The position numbers were made by a program, and so were the translations under genes. The notes below the pieces were generated by a model. The model did no database searches and was not told the origin of the DNA. It saw nothing but the letters and a program-made list of their open reading frames with translations. DNA of 63,119 nucleotides, counting the filler, from Neolecta irregularis DAH-3 (lineage: Eukaryota): assembly GCA_001929475.1 (NCBI GenBank). It is 7 parts of 7 records of this genome, joined end to end, with 100 filler letters (N's around TTAATTAATTAA, not from the genome) between each part and the next. Parts side by side here need not be neighbours in the genome. Positions count along the whole stretch, not along the records: positions 17,293 to 38,137 come from LXFE01001159.1; positions 38,238 to 45,287 come from LXFE01001163.1; positions 45,388 to 52,905 come from LXFE01001164.1; 4 more parts are not named here. One strand, written 5' to 3'. This document shows positions 36,841-50,200 of the stretch, piece after piece; the stretch's first letter is position 1; the number at the start of each line of letters is the position of its first letter.

Positions 36841-38137
36841 ATGCTCGCTACTGCAGCAAGTTCACCCGTGTCAATTCGTTCCGGAGAAACACTGGAAAAT
36901 AATTCTCTATATTATTCAACGGGTACCGACTCGTCTCGGTCTCTAACCAACCTCTATGTCCCTCAAGGTTTTCCGAATCCACAGGCCCCGCCTCAGCACC
37001 GCGCGCCGTTATTTTCCGAGATCAGTTCAGAGCCATCTCATCTCCGTCCAGGCAACAAGGTCCTTCTTCAGGACCATTCAACGACGCTAAATCTGTACCG
37101 CCTAAACGCCAAGAAATCATCAGATCCAACTGTTCAATTCGACTTTGCCAATTTTATAATTGAGACGGTACCGAGTGACGAGTCGCTGCTCAAGGAAGCC
37201 ATTGCGATTTTGAGAAAGTTGGCGGATAAAGGGTATCCCGACGCCCAGTACTTTCTCGCAGATTGTTATTCTCAGGGAACTGGAGTCAAGGGGGGAGAGC
37301 GTGATATGGACAAGGCGTTTCCATTGTTCCATATGGCCGCAAAACACGGACATACAGAAGCTGCTTGGAGGACGGCCGAATGCTACGAACATGGACTTGG
37401 GACGAAACCGGATGCAGCCAAGGCGGTGCAGTTTCTCCGGTATGGAATGAATTAACATCGAGGTTAACTCAATAGAAAAGCGGCGAGTTCGTCGCATCCA
37501 GGCGCTATGCTTCGATTGGCCAAGGCTAATTTGGAGCCGTCTTTGGGACTCCCGCTTTCCCCGCGGGAAGGGATCAAGTGGCTGAAACGGGCTGTTGAAC
37601 ATTCGACGACCAAGTTCAACTGCGCGCCCTTTGAGTTGGCGCAACTGCATGAAAGCGGGTATAAAGACGTCATCTTTCAGGATTTCCCGTATGTCGTGCA
37701 GCTGCTGTGCATGGGCTCTGATCTGGGACACGCCGAGTGCTCCACCAAGCTGGGCGAGGCGTACGAGTACGGCAACATTGGCTGTCCCGTCGATGCCGGG
37801 CTGAGCATCCACTACTACACGCTTGCAGCGATGGCTGGACATGCAGGCGCAATGTACTCGCTTTGTGCGTGGTACATGTGCGGTGCACCTGCTATTCTGG
37901 CCAAGAACGAGGCCGAGGCATATGAGTGGGCCAAGAAGGCCGCAGAGGCGGGTCTGGCCAAGGCCGAGTATGCCGTTGGCTTCTTTCTCGAGAGCGGCAT
38001 TGGCTGCGTGCGGGATGCCCTGGAGGCGAATCTGTGGTATGTGCGTGCGGCAGAACATGGTGAAGAACGCGCCCGCAATCGCCTGGCAGACAATAATTCA
38101 GCAGCGGCGGCGGAAGCGGCAGCAGCAGCAGCATCAC
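36841..38137 (+). CDS. SKT5: chitin synthase activator with Sel1-like repeats (Skt5/Chs4), 3'-truncated by the gap
   Basis: LYRLNAKKSSDP, AQYFLADCY, AAKHGH, REGIKWLKRA, SIHYYTLAA, LCAWY and AKAEYAVG motifs. Confidence 0.92.
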
Positions 38138-38237
38138 NNNNNNNNNNNNNNNNNNNNNNNNNNNNNNNNNNNNNNNNNNNNTTAATTAATTAANNNNNNN
38201 NNNNNNNNNNNNNNNNNNNNNNNNNNNNNNNNNNNNN
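38138..38237. other. artificial assembly spacer
   Basis: N44-TTAATTAATTAA-N44. Confidence 0.98.
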
Positions 38238-39329
38238 GCCGCAGTTTCATTTATCCGATACACAAAGAGCCCAATTTGAGCGGGATGGCTATCTTATAAT
38301 TCCCGATTTCCTTGGTCCAAAGATCGTATCGCTGCTTTATGGAAGAGTTGAGCAGTTACTCGATGGCTTTAGCCTCAATAGCCATCCTATGACCAGGTTC
38401 TCCACGGATGATTCACGACATATCGGAGATGATGTATAAACACAGCTAATTGGGATCATGTTTTAACACTGCAGTACTTTCTCACGAGGTATTATTATCA
38501 ATCTACAGGCAAAGCTGAATCTTAGTGGAGACAAAATTCATTACTTTCTCGAAGTATCTGATTAGCTCATTTCTTTTAATTGATACGCATAGGAAGATGC
38601 TGTAGACTCCAACGGCAATTTGGTCAAGCCTACAAAACAGGCAGTGAACAAAATTGGACATGGTGACATAGTTCCGCAGGTACCTAACTGATAATAAGCA
38701 CTACACGAGCTTGATCCCATCTTTCGGGAGGTGTCTATAAACGATAGTACTCGAAATATAGCCAAAGGATTGGGGTTCAAAGATCCACGGATGCTTCAAA
38801 GCATGATTATTTGCAAACAGCCTGAAATCGGAGGTGCTGTACCGGCTCATCAAGATTCAAGTTTCCTTTATACCGATCCACCTAGCGCTATAGGGCTTTG
38901 GTTTGCGCTTGAAGATTGTACCAAGAAGAACGGATGTTTAAGCTTCGTTCCAGGATCGCACAAGACAACACCCATTACCAAACGATTCGTGAGACAACCA
39001 GACGGTTTAAAAGGTACAGCCTTTATTCCGATAGCAGAGGCCAAAATGGAGCCCAAGCCTGAGGACTTTGTAATGGGTGAATGTTCGGCAGGTATAATTA
39101 TCACTGAGTTGAAGTAACTGGAAAGGTACGTTGATTTTGATTCACGGCAATATTCTCCACAAGAGTGGAAGGAATACAAGCACCAAGAGCCGATATGCTT
39201 ATACATTCCATGTATGGCGACTTCACCCCTGATTACTGCTAATAAAAGATGATTGAGGGTGAAGCAAAATATGATCACCGAAATTGGTTGCAGACACCAG
39301 GAAAACCATTTACCAAACTATATGTGTGA
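38238..39329 (+). CDS. phytanoyl-CoA dioxygenase family protein (PHYHD1-like), start lost in the gap
   Basis: FERDGYLIIPDF, NKIGH, QSMIICKQPEIGGAVPAHQD, WFALED, NGCL and LHKS motifs. Confidence 0.92.
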
Positions 39330-39387
39330 TACAGACCGTTAGAAAAGCTGAATTCGTAACAACATAACAAAACTCCGTTAATTTGGA

Positions 39388-41752
39388 TCACTGATCCCTC
39401 TTTTGAGCGAGGAAGTCATAGAAAGACTACTGATCAGCAAGAACCCTGGTTTCCATGTGCAAACCTCTTGAGATATCTGAACATTGCCGATACTCCGCAT
39501 TCTCTTCTTTCCCTCTTTTTGCTTATTCAGCAGCTTCATCTTTCGCGAAACATCTCCACCGTAACACTCAAAGTTAGTTGCCATGAAAAATTAAATAGAA
39601 TACTTTGGCAGTAACATCTTTTCTTTTTGCAGATATCGATTCTCTCGCGACCACCTTGTTCCCGACAGCTGCCTGGATCACAACTTCATATAATTGACGG
39701 TCTACTAGCCCCCGCATCTTTTTTACCCACTCACGTCCTCGACGTTCAGCTTGAGACCTGTGCACAATACTAGCCAATGCATCGACAGATTTTCCATTTA
39801 TGAGCAACTAGACAACTCAACAATCTGTAAAATTCTTCCGTGTTACCGAAAGTCTGAGCACGTCAGCAGGGATATAGCCTGCTTCTTCGTAGTCCAATGT
39901 AGCGTATCCCTTTGTCGAACTCTTGAGCTTGCCAAAAAAATCTTCTACCAACTGGGCCAATGGAATAATATACTTGAGCAAGACTCGCGAGGACGACAGA
40001 AATGTTTGTTCTTTCTGTATACCACGATGCGACTAGAGAATTTAGAGAGATACGAGCAGAAAACATGCCTCGCAAAGTTCAATCACAGAACCCAGATAAT
40101 CCGAAGGAAAAATCATCGTAGCCTCAACCACCGGTTCTCTAATATCTAAAACTTTTGAAGAGTGTGTTACAACATCTGGAAACTCGGAAGGATTAGAAAT
40201 AGTTCCAAAAGTCCCATCTCGATATTCGATTTGATATGGAACAGTAGGTGTGGTGATAATAACCTGTTGGAATTAATTTTGACAAGAAAACAAGTATACC
40301 TCTGCACCGTACTCGTCTTTCAATCTGTCTTGAAATACAGACAAGTGAAGGCTCCCTAAAAACCCCAAACGCCAACCTTCTCATTCAGTAAATGCATGAA
40401 GACTTGTTACCTTGTCCTAGTGCAGTTGAAGTATCTCGATGAACGGTAATACTTCTATCATTCAAAGACAAATTGTTGATGCTATCCTCGAGTCTTTTGA
40501 ACTCTTTTGTATCCAATGGGAAAGCGCCTACATATATCTAATATCAGCCTACTTCAATCCCCAAACCAAGGAGTACCATAGGTTTGGCATCTTCGAATCC
40601 CGGTAATGCTTGGACAGGTTTCCCCACGTGATAGAATGTATCTCCGATTTTCGATTCACTACTTCGTTTCATGGAGGGTACTACGTAACCAACCATTCCG
40701 GCACAAAGTCTATTGACCGGGGATTGATCAGGGTGCATTAATCCGACTTCACTGACTTCGTATTTATGACCAGTGTGTACACTTGATATTCGATCACCGC
40801 GTTGTACGGTGCCTCCAAAGACTCGGACAAGAAGAATGACACCTTTGTAGTTGTCATACCTAAATTTAGTATATCCCCTTTTGAAAAAGTTGTACCAGCT
40901 ATCTATCAGCAAACACTTGAAATTTTCATCCACAGAGCCGGTTGGCCTCAAATATAAGTTTTTTCTTTACAATGACAAGATCTCACGGTGGTACTCTTTC
41001 GATAATAGCAGGCAGTATGGCTCCTACTCCCAAACCCGTCTTTGCAGATATCGCAAGCGCATCAACTGGATCAAGTTCAAACGTCTGTTCAAGCTGCTCG
41101 AGTACTTTTCCCGGCTCAGCAGCTGGTAAATCGATTTTATTCAATACAGGTATAATCTTGAGATTTTCCGCAAACGCCAAGTAAAAATTTGCGACTGTCT
41201 GTGCTTGTATTCCTTGTGCTGCATCAATGAGCAGTAGACACCCGTTGCCTGCTTTCAGCGAATGTATGACTTCTGCTCTAAAGTCGACGTGTCCAGGTGT
41301 ATCGATCAGATTTATCATATACTCTTCCCCTTTATGTTTATATCTCATGCTACATGTTACCGCTTTAACGGTAATACCTAAAATGTCAATCAACCGCCCA
41401 CACGAGAACAAAAACCTCTTTCTTGTTCAACTTTTAATTTATCCAAAAACTGTTTATGAACGCCCAAGGTAGCAATCGTATTCGTGAGTTCGAGTAATCT
41501 GTCACTTACTACACCGTCAGATTAAAAAACCTAGTCAAACTGACATGTAGATTTTCCATGATCGATATGTGCGATCACAGAGATGTTGCGAATACGAGAC
41601 ATTGGGATTTCCGAGAGACTTTGAGCGTCTCGGTCGAGTTGTTTGGCAAGGATATACCCTCGATGCAGATGTAAATTCGATTGGCATGAAACAGTTGCTT
41701 TGATTAAATGAAATAGCAGGCCATGGACCATCCCAGTCGGACGGCATCGCAT
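39388..41752 (-). CDS. GUF1: mitochondrial translation factor GUF1 (LepA/EF4)
   Basis: [44 protein letters not shown] and [13 protein letters not shown] motifs. Confidence 0.95.
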
Positions 41753-41909
41753 TCAGGAATTGATAGTAGCGTGATCAATATTCGCAGCTTTTCTTTTTGT
41801 GGAGACAAGAAAGAAAACGCTCGTTGTGGTGAGATGATATGTGCTGTGTTTAGACGTCATCCCTTTTCCTCCACCAAGATATCACACGTTTTGTAGTCAT
41901 CCAAGAGCC

Positions 41910-44002
41910 ATGGCACAGCGGAAACTCCAAGGTCGGGGTTCTCTATCGCTATTTGGGCGCTAAATTGTATTCTAGCGGAACATGACAAGCTCACTAAAAA
42001 AGTCAATGAAGGAATGCTTGCTTTCGAGGCTATATATGAGAAACTAGCGACTTGTCAGAATCCCTCTCAAAAAGACAAACTTGAAGTCGATTTAAAAAAG
42101 GAGATTAAAAAGCTACAGAGGAGTCGAGATACTCTGAAATCATGGCTTGCTGGCTCTGACTTTAAAGACAAGAGACCACTTATGGAACAACGCAAAATGA
42201 TTGAAGCGGTACCAATTATCGTTTTTATTCAATTGGTGCTAACTATTTAAGCAAATGGAAAAATTTAAAGTCGTGGAGAAGGAAATAAAGACAAAAGCAT
42301 TCAGTAAAGAAGGTCTACAAGCAGGCGTCCGTCTAGATCCCAAAGAAAAGGAAAAGGCAGAGACTGCTGCTTGGGTTTCAAGTATGGTCGAGGAACTGGA
42401 ACGTCAAGACGAACAAGCCGAGGCCGAACAAGAATTATTACAGGTTGCCATGAAGAAGAGTAAACGAGATGCTTCGAAAGCTGAAAGATTTGATGAAATC
42501 TCACAGTGTCGGGAACGTCATAAATGGCATATAAATAAACTGGAGCTTATACTCCGACTCCTCGAGAACGGTCAGTTAGACGCAGAACAAGTGAGTGCGG
42601 GTTGTTGGTAAAAGTGCTTGTGCATTAGGTCCAAAATATCAAAGACGACGTTCAATATTACGTTGAATCTAACCAAGATCCTGATTTTGCAGAAGACGAC
42701 GCCGTTTATGACTCGCTGAATCTTTCCGCCGAGGAAGATATCTATGGGCTTGACAAGGATGCAGATTCAACTCAAGATGAACGTTCAGTTGCAGACGAAC
42801 AACCTCCGACACCACAAAAGGATGCAAGATCTCTTTGTGAAGAAATATATGCTAATGAACAAAGAATACTGAACTGAGGACGAGCCATAGCACGGTTCCG
42901 CGGCGCGCAGGATCTATTGCGAAATCACCTATAATGATGTCTGCAGTTGCGCATCCACCTTTACTGAACGGAGCGTTAAAACCTATACAAACACCCGCCA
43001 CTGTGAAACCTCTGTCAGAGCCTCTAAAATATGCTTCAGCAGCAGCAGCAGCGGCGGCGGCTCAATCGAGTTCTGTAACAGGAATCCAGCCTTTACCGCC
43101 TCCGCCTGGCACGGGATCGAGAAAACCGAGTCTTGTTCGTTCTCCCAGTACTACTGTATCTCCATCGACGTCAAAGGCCGTACCTGTAGTAAATGACGTT
43201 GTGGCATCTGACGAGCCCAAAGTGCCCGAGGTGGAAACGGAGCAAGTGCAAGAGACAGTTCAGGTCGAACCAGTCATTGAGCAAAAAAGCACAATGTCAC
43301 CTGTCCAAACGCCTGAAGAGATTCCGAGAGTTGACCAAGAGCCTTTCATTCAGGCCGAGGATGAAGCCTCGATAATGCTGGAGGAACCATGTAATGCCGA
43401 GCCCCAAGGGACGACACTTCCACCTGGTCTTCAAGATCTGATATCGTCATATGAGAATGCAAAACGCCGGTCTGCGAGTATCGATCCCGCTGATTGTGCT
43501 CAAGCACGACGTATGTTTACTCATTCGTCGATGCAAGCACCCGAAGCAAACGATGCCCAAAAGGCGAAATTCTATGCGCCTAAAGATTCGATACAAGTGC
43601 CATTATATTATCCACAGACGCCATTACCTGTGTTTGACGACCCAGAGATATATGAGCGGGTGGATGTGGATACATTATTTTATATTTTTTACTATCAGCA
43701 GGGGACATATCATCAGTGAGAGTTTCCTTGTATAACATGCTGATGGGAGATATTTGGCAGCAAGGGAGCTCAAGAACCAGAGCTGGAGGTTTCATAAAAA
43801 GTACTTGACGTGGTTCCAGCGGCATGAAGAGCCCAAGTCGATTACGGACGAGTATGAATTGGGGTGCTACCGGTACTTTGACTTTGAGGGGTATATTTCT
43901 CTGGGACAGGGAGGGATGATTGACAATACCAGGTCGTGGGTGCAGAGGAAGAAGCCTGACTTCAAGTTTCAGTATTCGTATTTAGAGGATGAGCTGCTGT
44001 GA
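41910..44002 (+). CDS. NOT3: CCR4-NOT subunit Not3/Not5
   Basis: [18 protein letters not shown] and [13 protein letters not shown] box [13 protein letters not shown]...[18 protein letters not shown]. Confidence 0.93.
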
Positions 44003-44145
44003 AAAAGACTGAACAATGGCCTGTGCATATAGCTTTTTGAACTAGTTTTGTACTACAATGTGGGTTTGTTGAATGGGGCTATTTGCCTGTCTATATCAAA
44101 GTGACGGGGCTCTGTAGGGTTGCAATGTGGATAGGTGGTTGGGGG

Positions 44146-44677
44146 TTATGTACGCTTTGTGTCTATTTCCACGGTGACGGGGCCCTGTGTCGATTAGGGG
44201 AGCGGGGGTGATGTGGATACGTCGTTTGTGAGGGAGCACTGCATATACTCGCCAAAGAGGCCGTGTTTGACGTTTGAGGGTAGTTTTTCTGCGAGGCAAG
44301 TGAGGACGAGGTCATAGAGGACTTTTGCGGCGGCGGCGTTCATGGCGCGGTGAAAGTCCGGGGTTGGGGATTTGTGGGTGAGGGCGTGGAGGGTGAATTG
44401 GGAGACGCATAGCAGGTGGCCGTTGATGTCTGTGACGCTTTGGGACCAGGGTTTTGCAGTGTCTGGGTGGTCAAAGAGCCTGATGGAGAGGATTTTGTGA
44501 GCGAGACGGTGGGCGTCTTGGGGGGAGTCGTCTGGGAGTGTGAATGGGGGGAACGCGAGGAGGGGAAATACCGGCAGCGACGGCGATGAGGACAAAGAGG
44601 CCTCTGGGGATAGAGGCGAGGGTGCCGCCGCGGACTGTGACGGCGGCCTCTGACACGCGCTGCAGGAGGGCCTTCAT
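44146..44677 (-). CDS. DTD1: D-aminoacyl-tRNA deacylase
   Basis: MKALLQRV, VSQFTL, PDFHRAM, FGEYM and ND-GPVT motifs; 2 introns. Confidence 0.93.
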
Positions 44678-44784
44678 GGGAGCAAAGATTGTTTTTCCGG
44701 CCGCGCCCGTATCGGGCAAGAGGCAGCGGCGGGTTCCGTCATCGGCGGCGTCTGCACAAGCCGACCTGTTCCTCCTGCGCGCTC

Positions 44785-45050
44785 GCTGTCGCTGCTGCTG
44801 CCGGTGCTGCTTCCTCCTGCTGCTGCTGCTTCTGCTGCTGCTGATACCGCCACTGCTGCTGCCACTGCTGCCTCTGCATCTGTGCTGCTACGCGAGCCGA
44901 GTCCGCGGCTGCTGCTGAACTAGTGCGGCTGTCGGTGCGCCTGCACGTCATAGCTCTGCTGACCGGGAGCACTGTGCTGTACTGTGCTGTGCTGTGTGCT
45001 GCCCGCTGTACTGCCCGCTGCACTGCCCGGCACTGCCCGCCCTACTGCCC
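44785..45050. repeat. GC-rich low-complexity (CTG)n, CTGTG and CTGCCCG microsatellite tract
   Basis: Read directly from the sequence. Confidence 0.85.
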
Positions 45051-45067
45051 GCTTGGATCCCCGTTGA

Positions 45068-45212
45068 CTGCAGAGCGCAAGCGCATACATCCGGCTACGT
45101 CACCTGCAAAGCGCAAGCGCATACATCCGGCTACGTCACCTGCAAAGCGCAAGCGCATACACCTGGCTACGTCACCTGCAAAGCGCAAGCGCATACACCT
45201 GGCTACGTCACC
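45068..45212 (+). repeat. minisatellite, 4 x 36-bp GCAAAGCGCAAGCGCATACATCCGGCTACGTCACCT
   Basis: Read directly; each unit carries TACGTCA (TGACGTA on the minus strand). Confidence 0.95.
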
Positions 45213-45287
45213 CGCCGCCGCCGCCCTGCGCATGTCTGCCGCCGTCGCCCAGCACCAGCCCTTTGCGCCTGCCCGCGCGCGCCCGCC

Positions 45288-45387
45288 NNNNNNNNNNNNN
45301 NNNNNNNNNNNNNNNNNNNNNNNNNNNNNNNTTAATTAATTAANNNNNNNNNNNNNNNNNNNNNNNNNNNNNNNNNNNNNNNNNNNN
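45288..45387. other. artificial assembly spacer
   Basis: N44-TTAATTAATTAA-N44. Confidence 0.98.
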
Positions 45388-45563
45388 CCCCCCAACCATC
45401 ATGCAAAACGACAACGCCATTAACCCGTAGTACATAACACGTGCTCCAACATCTGTCGTGTCCCCCAATCCTGTTTGCACTGGTCTCCCCGGCCAATCAG
45501 AAACGCGATGCGTTGGCACCTCAACCCTATATATTCAGCCCCCGGGCGATACAAAGTCGCACC

Positions 45564-47073
45564 ATGGCCGGTTCCATATCATCCGAAAACGTATCGCCAC
45601 CAATAACATTTTACGCAGCTGCCCATGCTCTCATGCGACCACGTCCTTCTCGCACAGCCACATCGCCAAAGAGTTCCGCCTCAATTACTTCAGTGAATGC
45701 ATTTGCCAAGCCAGAGATCTCCATTCGTACTACTACCCCAAAGTCAAATCATGCCCAAGACCCAGTTGAGCTGTCATCAAAAGAGTCGCAGCGACCACTA
45801 CCTGCATCTCCCCCACCCCCTCGCATGTCCGTGTTCGTTCCCTCCCAGTTTCAAATAGACTATGACGAACAACTACGCATCCTCGATTTAGGCAAGCGTC
45901 TTTTCTCTCTCTCTAATCCTAGACGCTATTACTGCTCTCCACCGACAAGGCAGGCCCGTGTTTGACAGACCCCATCAATATAAACTGTACAATGCATGCT
46001 TCCTACCTGCCGCTGGCTCGGCACACATGCGTTCGGTCGATAGACTCTCGCTCATCATTTGGCTCGAGGGTCTCGTTGCTACTCTTGCGGAGTCGCATCA
46101 TGCAAGTCTCGGCAACTGCATTGATGTCTCTTGTCGATTACTCGACTATGCATTCAACGATTTAAACAGCACGCCAGGGCAATTTATAACCCTTGAACCT
46201 AGTAGCACATTCCTCAGGACAATCGAACTCGTTCAAACTGTTTATTTGTCGTTTTTAGGGTTCGTTGGAGTTGTTGGGGATTCTTCTGAAAAGACCTTTC
46301 TCCAACTATTTCAAGATCAAGTGCAAATTGGAATCCATGATGCACTGCAACAGCCCGTCGCGACTACCCAGTCCACAGACTCGATCGTTCGTCTTTATGA
46401 ATCTCTACGAAAGTCGTTTCCCCTCTCTGTGCTCGATAAACAATCGAATGCCCCCAATTCAAGTCAACCTTTACTTTTACATCCAGAGAATATCGGGTTA
46501 TCAGAATCTAAAATTCGAAATATGGATATCCTTGGTTGGCATCAAGATGGATTCGTCGTTATTACACCGACTAATCTCTGGACCCAACATTTAGAGACAA
46601 CCGTCGCCAACGGTATGTTGACGATTTACATTTACAATACCCTCAGCCCCGTCTTTCGTCTATTCAATTATCACAGAATATCATCTTTAAAAGCACTTGA
46701 AAATTCTACACAAGTAACTCATCTCTGTTCAATAGGTCAATCACTCGATACAACCACTAGATTACTGTTCCATACTACTAGTTCTCGCAAATGGGCTGCA
46801 GACCACGGTATCGCGACGGTTGAACTCACCGTCAATGTACAAGACGCATCTCTCCGCCCTATTGAAAATACCCCTCCGGCAAACTTAATTTATCGCAGGC
46901 TTCAGATTTTGCAGTATGTCCTTGGACACCCGGTCATGTGTATCGTTCGAGATATTTATGTACGTAGCCACGCTGCTCCTCTTTCGTCGTATACAACTAT
47001 CATCTTGGGATTATTTGGTCTAGTAGTACTCATTGCTCGTTCAGTCCTTCAGGGGTATGTATCCATTGTTTAG
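45564..47073 (+). CDS. hypothetical protein with Ser/Pro-rich N-terminus and C-terminal TM (tail-anchor-like)
   Basis: Two long ORFs joined in frame by a 31-nt GC-AG intron (45892-45922); terminal hydrophobic stretch TTIILGLFGLVVLIA. Confidence 0.7.
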
Positions 47074-47249
47074 AAAGGGGCTATTGATCTGGATAGATCG
47101 CGGAGAAAGTGGTTGCAGATTCTCAGTTTTAGGCGACGGAAGAGATCACCGGCTTTGGTATAGCCGACCAAATTTTCATTTCAGTTTCCCATATAGCCCC
47201 GGTACAAGTCACATGTATAAATGCTATGGGCAAGACCCTCAATATCAGA

Positions 47250-50200
47250 TTATACTGGCATTTCAATCTTTCCAAACAATTTACCAACAATTTCAAAACT
47301 CTTATCGAGAGAATCGCTCAGCTGGCCAGAGACTAGAGTATACGCGTACAAAAGAGCGAAATCCTGGTCATCAGAGTATTTTGCTCGTAATGTGGAAAGC
47401 TTGTGCATTAAACGGTCTCTAGCATCTTCTGCAGAGGGTAATGGAAACCGATCTGGTAGCGGAAATTTAAGCCGAACAGCCGAAGCAAGGACTAGACCAT
47501 CAAACTTTATCCAAAAAAAGCGCGTACGATAAAAATACAAGAGGAGTCGGTTACACAGGTCATTACGTTCTTCTATTGTGGCTTGAAGAACGTGCCATTG
47601 TCCAGAGTTGCTTTCAATTATTTCACTTAAAGCTACTCGCATTTGAGTGAATGAGTCAAGCATCTCTTGGCATTGTGATAGTAATATCGTGTATTGTGTA
47701 ACTGGAAACGGTCCCTGTTATTAAACCTTTATTCTCCTAGTGGCATACTTTCATACGAGTCTCCCCGCTCGTTTGCGATAAAAGGACATGGAGTCTCTGC
47801 AGTTGCTGTTGCAGGAGAACTACTCGGTCAATCGTGAGGTATGGATGCATGACTCTAGGATCATGAGCACTTTGCAGGTCAATAGATTTCCGGGATCCCA
47901 TTCCGTACAATTCTTCGGTACCTTCAAGTCTCCACGACCATCCCATTTTTAACCACAAATCACTTAATTCTTCACGAAGTTTCTTTCGGGCGCTGATAGG
48001 CCAACTTTTTATCAGAATAAAGGGGCTGCGAGAAAGCGTACATGTATGCGCAGATAACCATTCCCCAAACTACACCAGCTATGACTGCAACCATTCGATG
48101 AACTAGCCTGTAAGAATTGAAGAATAAAATTATACATACCTGCTATAGTAGCGATAAATGGTGCTTGGCCACCCTCGTCCTCGTCGTCTTCATCTTCATC
48201 GGCTTGAGAAAGACTATAAGCGTAAAGCAGAATCTAACAGTTATCCCAAACCCTCACAATATTTGTTTTACCAAATTATAACTCAAAAGTATAAATCGCC
48301 CAAAAGTAGTATACCTTTTACTCTTGATGATCAAGTAGAAACAAGCAATAGCCATTATATATCCCCACACCGCGAGAAACCATGGATTCTCTGGAAATAT
48401 GATCCATGCTACAACAGCCATCGCTGCACCGAGCAAATTTCCTGAAATTCGATAGAACCCAGCGGTATTAGTTGCGCCAATCGAATAAGAGCACACGATC
48501 ATATATGTTAAAAGGCCCCATTCGCCTCTATAATGCCTGCCAATAATCAGGAATCTCTTGTGACGGGAATAAACCGGAAATAGGGACGCGTAATATCAAT
48601 AAATGAAGGAAGTACAGCGATAGCAGCGCCTACCCCTACTTTTACAGCGAATTTCATTTCATCTGTTCGCCACTTTTTCAAATATTTCCAAGTTTTGTAT
48701 TTTAGTATATTTAACGAACCTTGTGGTTCATTCGCCTGTGCCGAATTGGTTACATTTCGACTTAATTTAGGAAACTTTTGTTGTTCGACAAGAGTATCTC
48801 TCTGGAAAATAAAACTTTTGGTGGGGTTTATTTGGAATTGGGCCAATTCAGTCATGGTTTCAAGTAGACCAATCAACTCTTGTGTGAATTCTTCAAGACT
48901 GAAACTGAAGAAGTACATTGACGCAGCGATTTCTTCAACCGTTAGGCCTGATAAATTGTGTGCGTAGAGATGGGTAAGAGCTATTCGTCGAGCCTTGGAA
49001 TAGACTTGTAGAGCTTGAATAAGACTGTCGCGATGACAGCTTTGCACTAGCAATTTGAATTCTGGAGCTGGAGTAAACATTGGTTCACGAAGGATGCCCC
49101 GACAGGTATAAACAAGTGCTTTCTGTTGTATTAGATAAGAAAATTTGACTAGTGATATACCATCGGAGGTCCAAGATGGTTTGCAAAAGCAGAAAGGATG
49201 TCTAGCGGTCTTTTATTCACTGCTTCAGCTTCCTGCAAGAGTTGTCGTAATTCTGAAGAACTAGCTCGAAGACCACTTAAAGCTAGTGATAAATTCTGTC
49301 CTTTAGTTTATTCAGGGGGTGAATATACAGACCTGTAATCTCTGAATAATCATTTTGTGGAATCTGTATTCTTGCATCTTACCTTGAATAAGACACTCCC
49401 ACCATGCCTCACCCAAAGCCTTGAGCAGGTTGTCGACCGAGCATTGCTGTCTTAGTATTGGGGAGTTTAGTGTCGGTAAATTGATATCAACGCCGCGAAG
49501 ATAACAAGATGTCACCAGCGACAACGAATCTGCCAGAGAATGAAGCGCAGTCACAGTATGCTTTCTAAAATTAGAATCGAGGAGAATAATGTACCCAATA
49601 CTTGACATCGTAAATTGCACTCATGGGCCAAAGTGTATAACATACAACGTTTGATATTAGCGTTCCTAGAGCGACGATACACGTTATCTGAGCGATTTTA
49701 GGAGTCGCGAATTCGCCTTCCTGGACGTCCCCTGACTATAAGAACAACGTTTAATTTTTTAATCTCGCCTTCCTTTGCGATAACGAGAAAGATGATCATG
49801 GAAGCGAGGGAACAACAAGTATTGAATGATGGGTTGGCTAATTTCTGTTTCAGATAGGCTATTGTCCCAGTGCTTCCAGCAGTCCACACGATCAAAACAA
49901 TGATATATCCTGGAAATGTAAGAAACTGTAAACAGCGGCAACATGCCGATAGTTCGCTTGTGAATACTCTGGAAAAATAAGGTCGTGACCATACTCCCAA
50001 TTCCTGTGAAGAGTCCCAAGGCAAGAGCAAAGAGAGCAAAACAATTGGCTTCGATCATACCTAGCGTCAATTTAGATTGCAACTGAGACTTTTTGTACTC
50101 CCTATGGTTCGAAAGGGATGAAAGTAGACAGCGACCTGAAAGTCAGGATTAATGTCTGATAAACACCAGTATACAGTCGCGACTAGATGTTTTCCGTCAC

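Noticed and set aside
37120-38058. 312-aa antisense ORF over SKT5
   Set aside because: Shadow ORF of GC-rich coding sequence with no motif.
44544-45287. Poly-Leu, poly-Gln and repeat ORFs upstream of DTD1
   Set aside because: They are translations of micro- and minisatellites; there is no support for coding, apart from a possible start at 45232.
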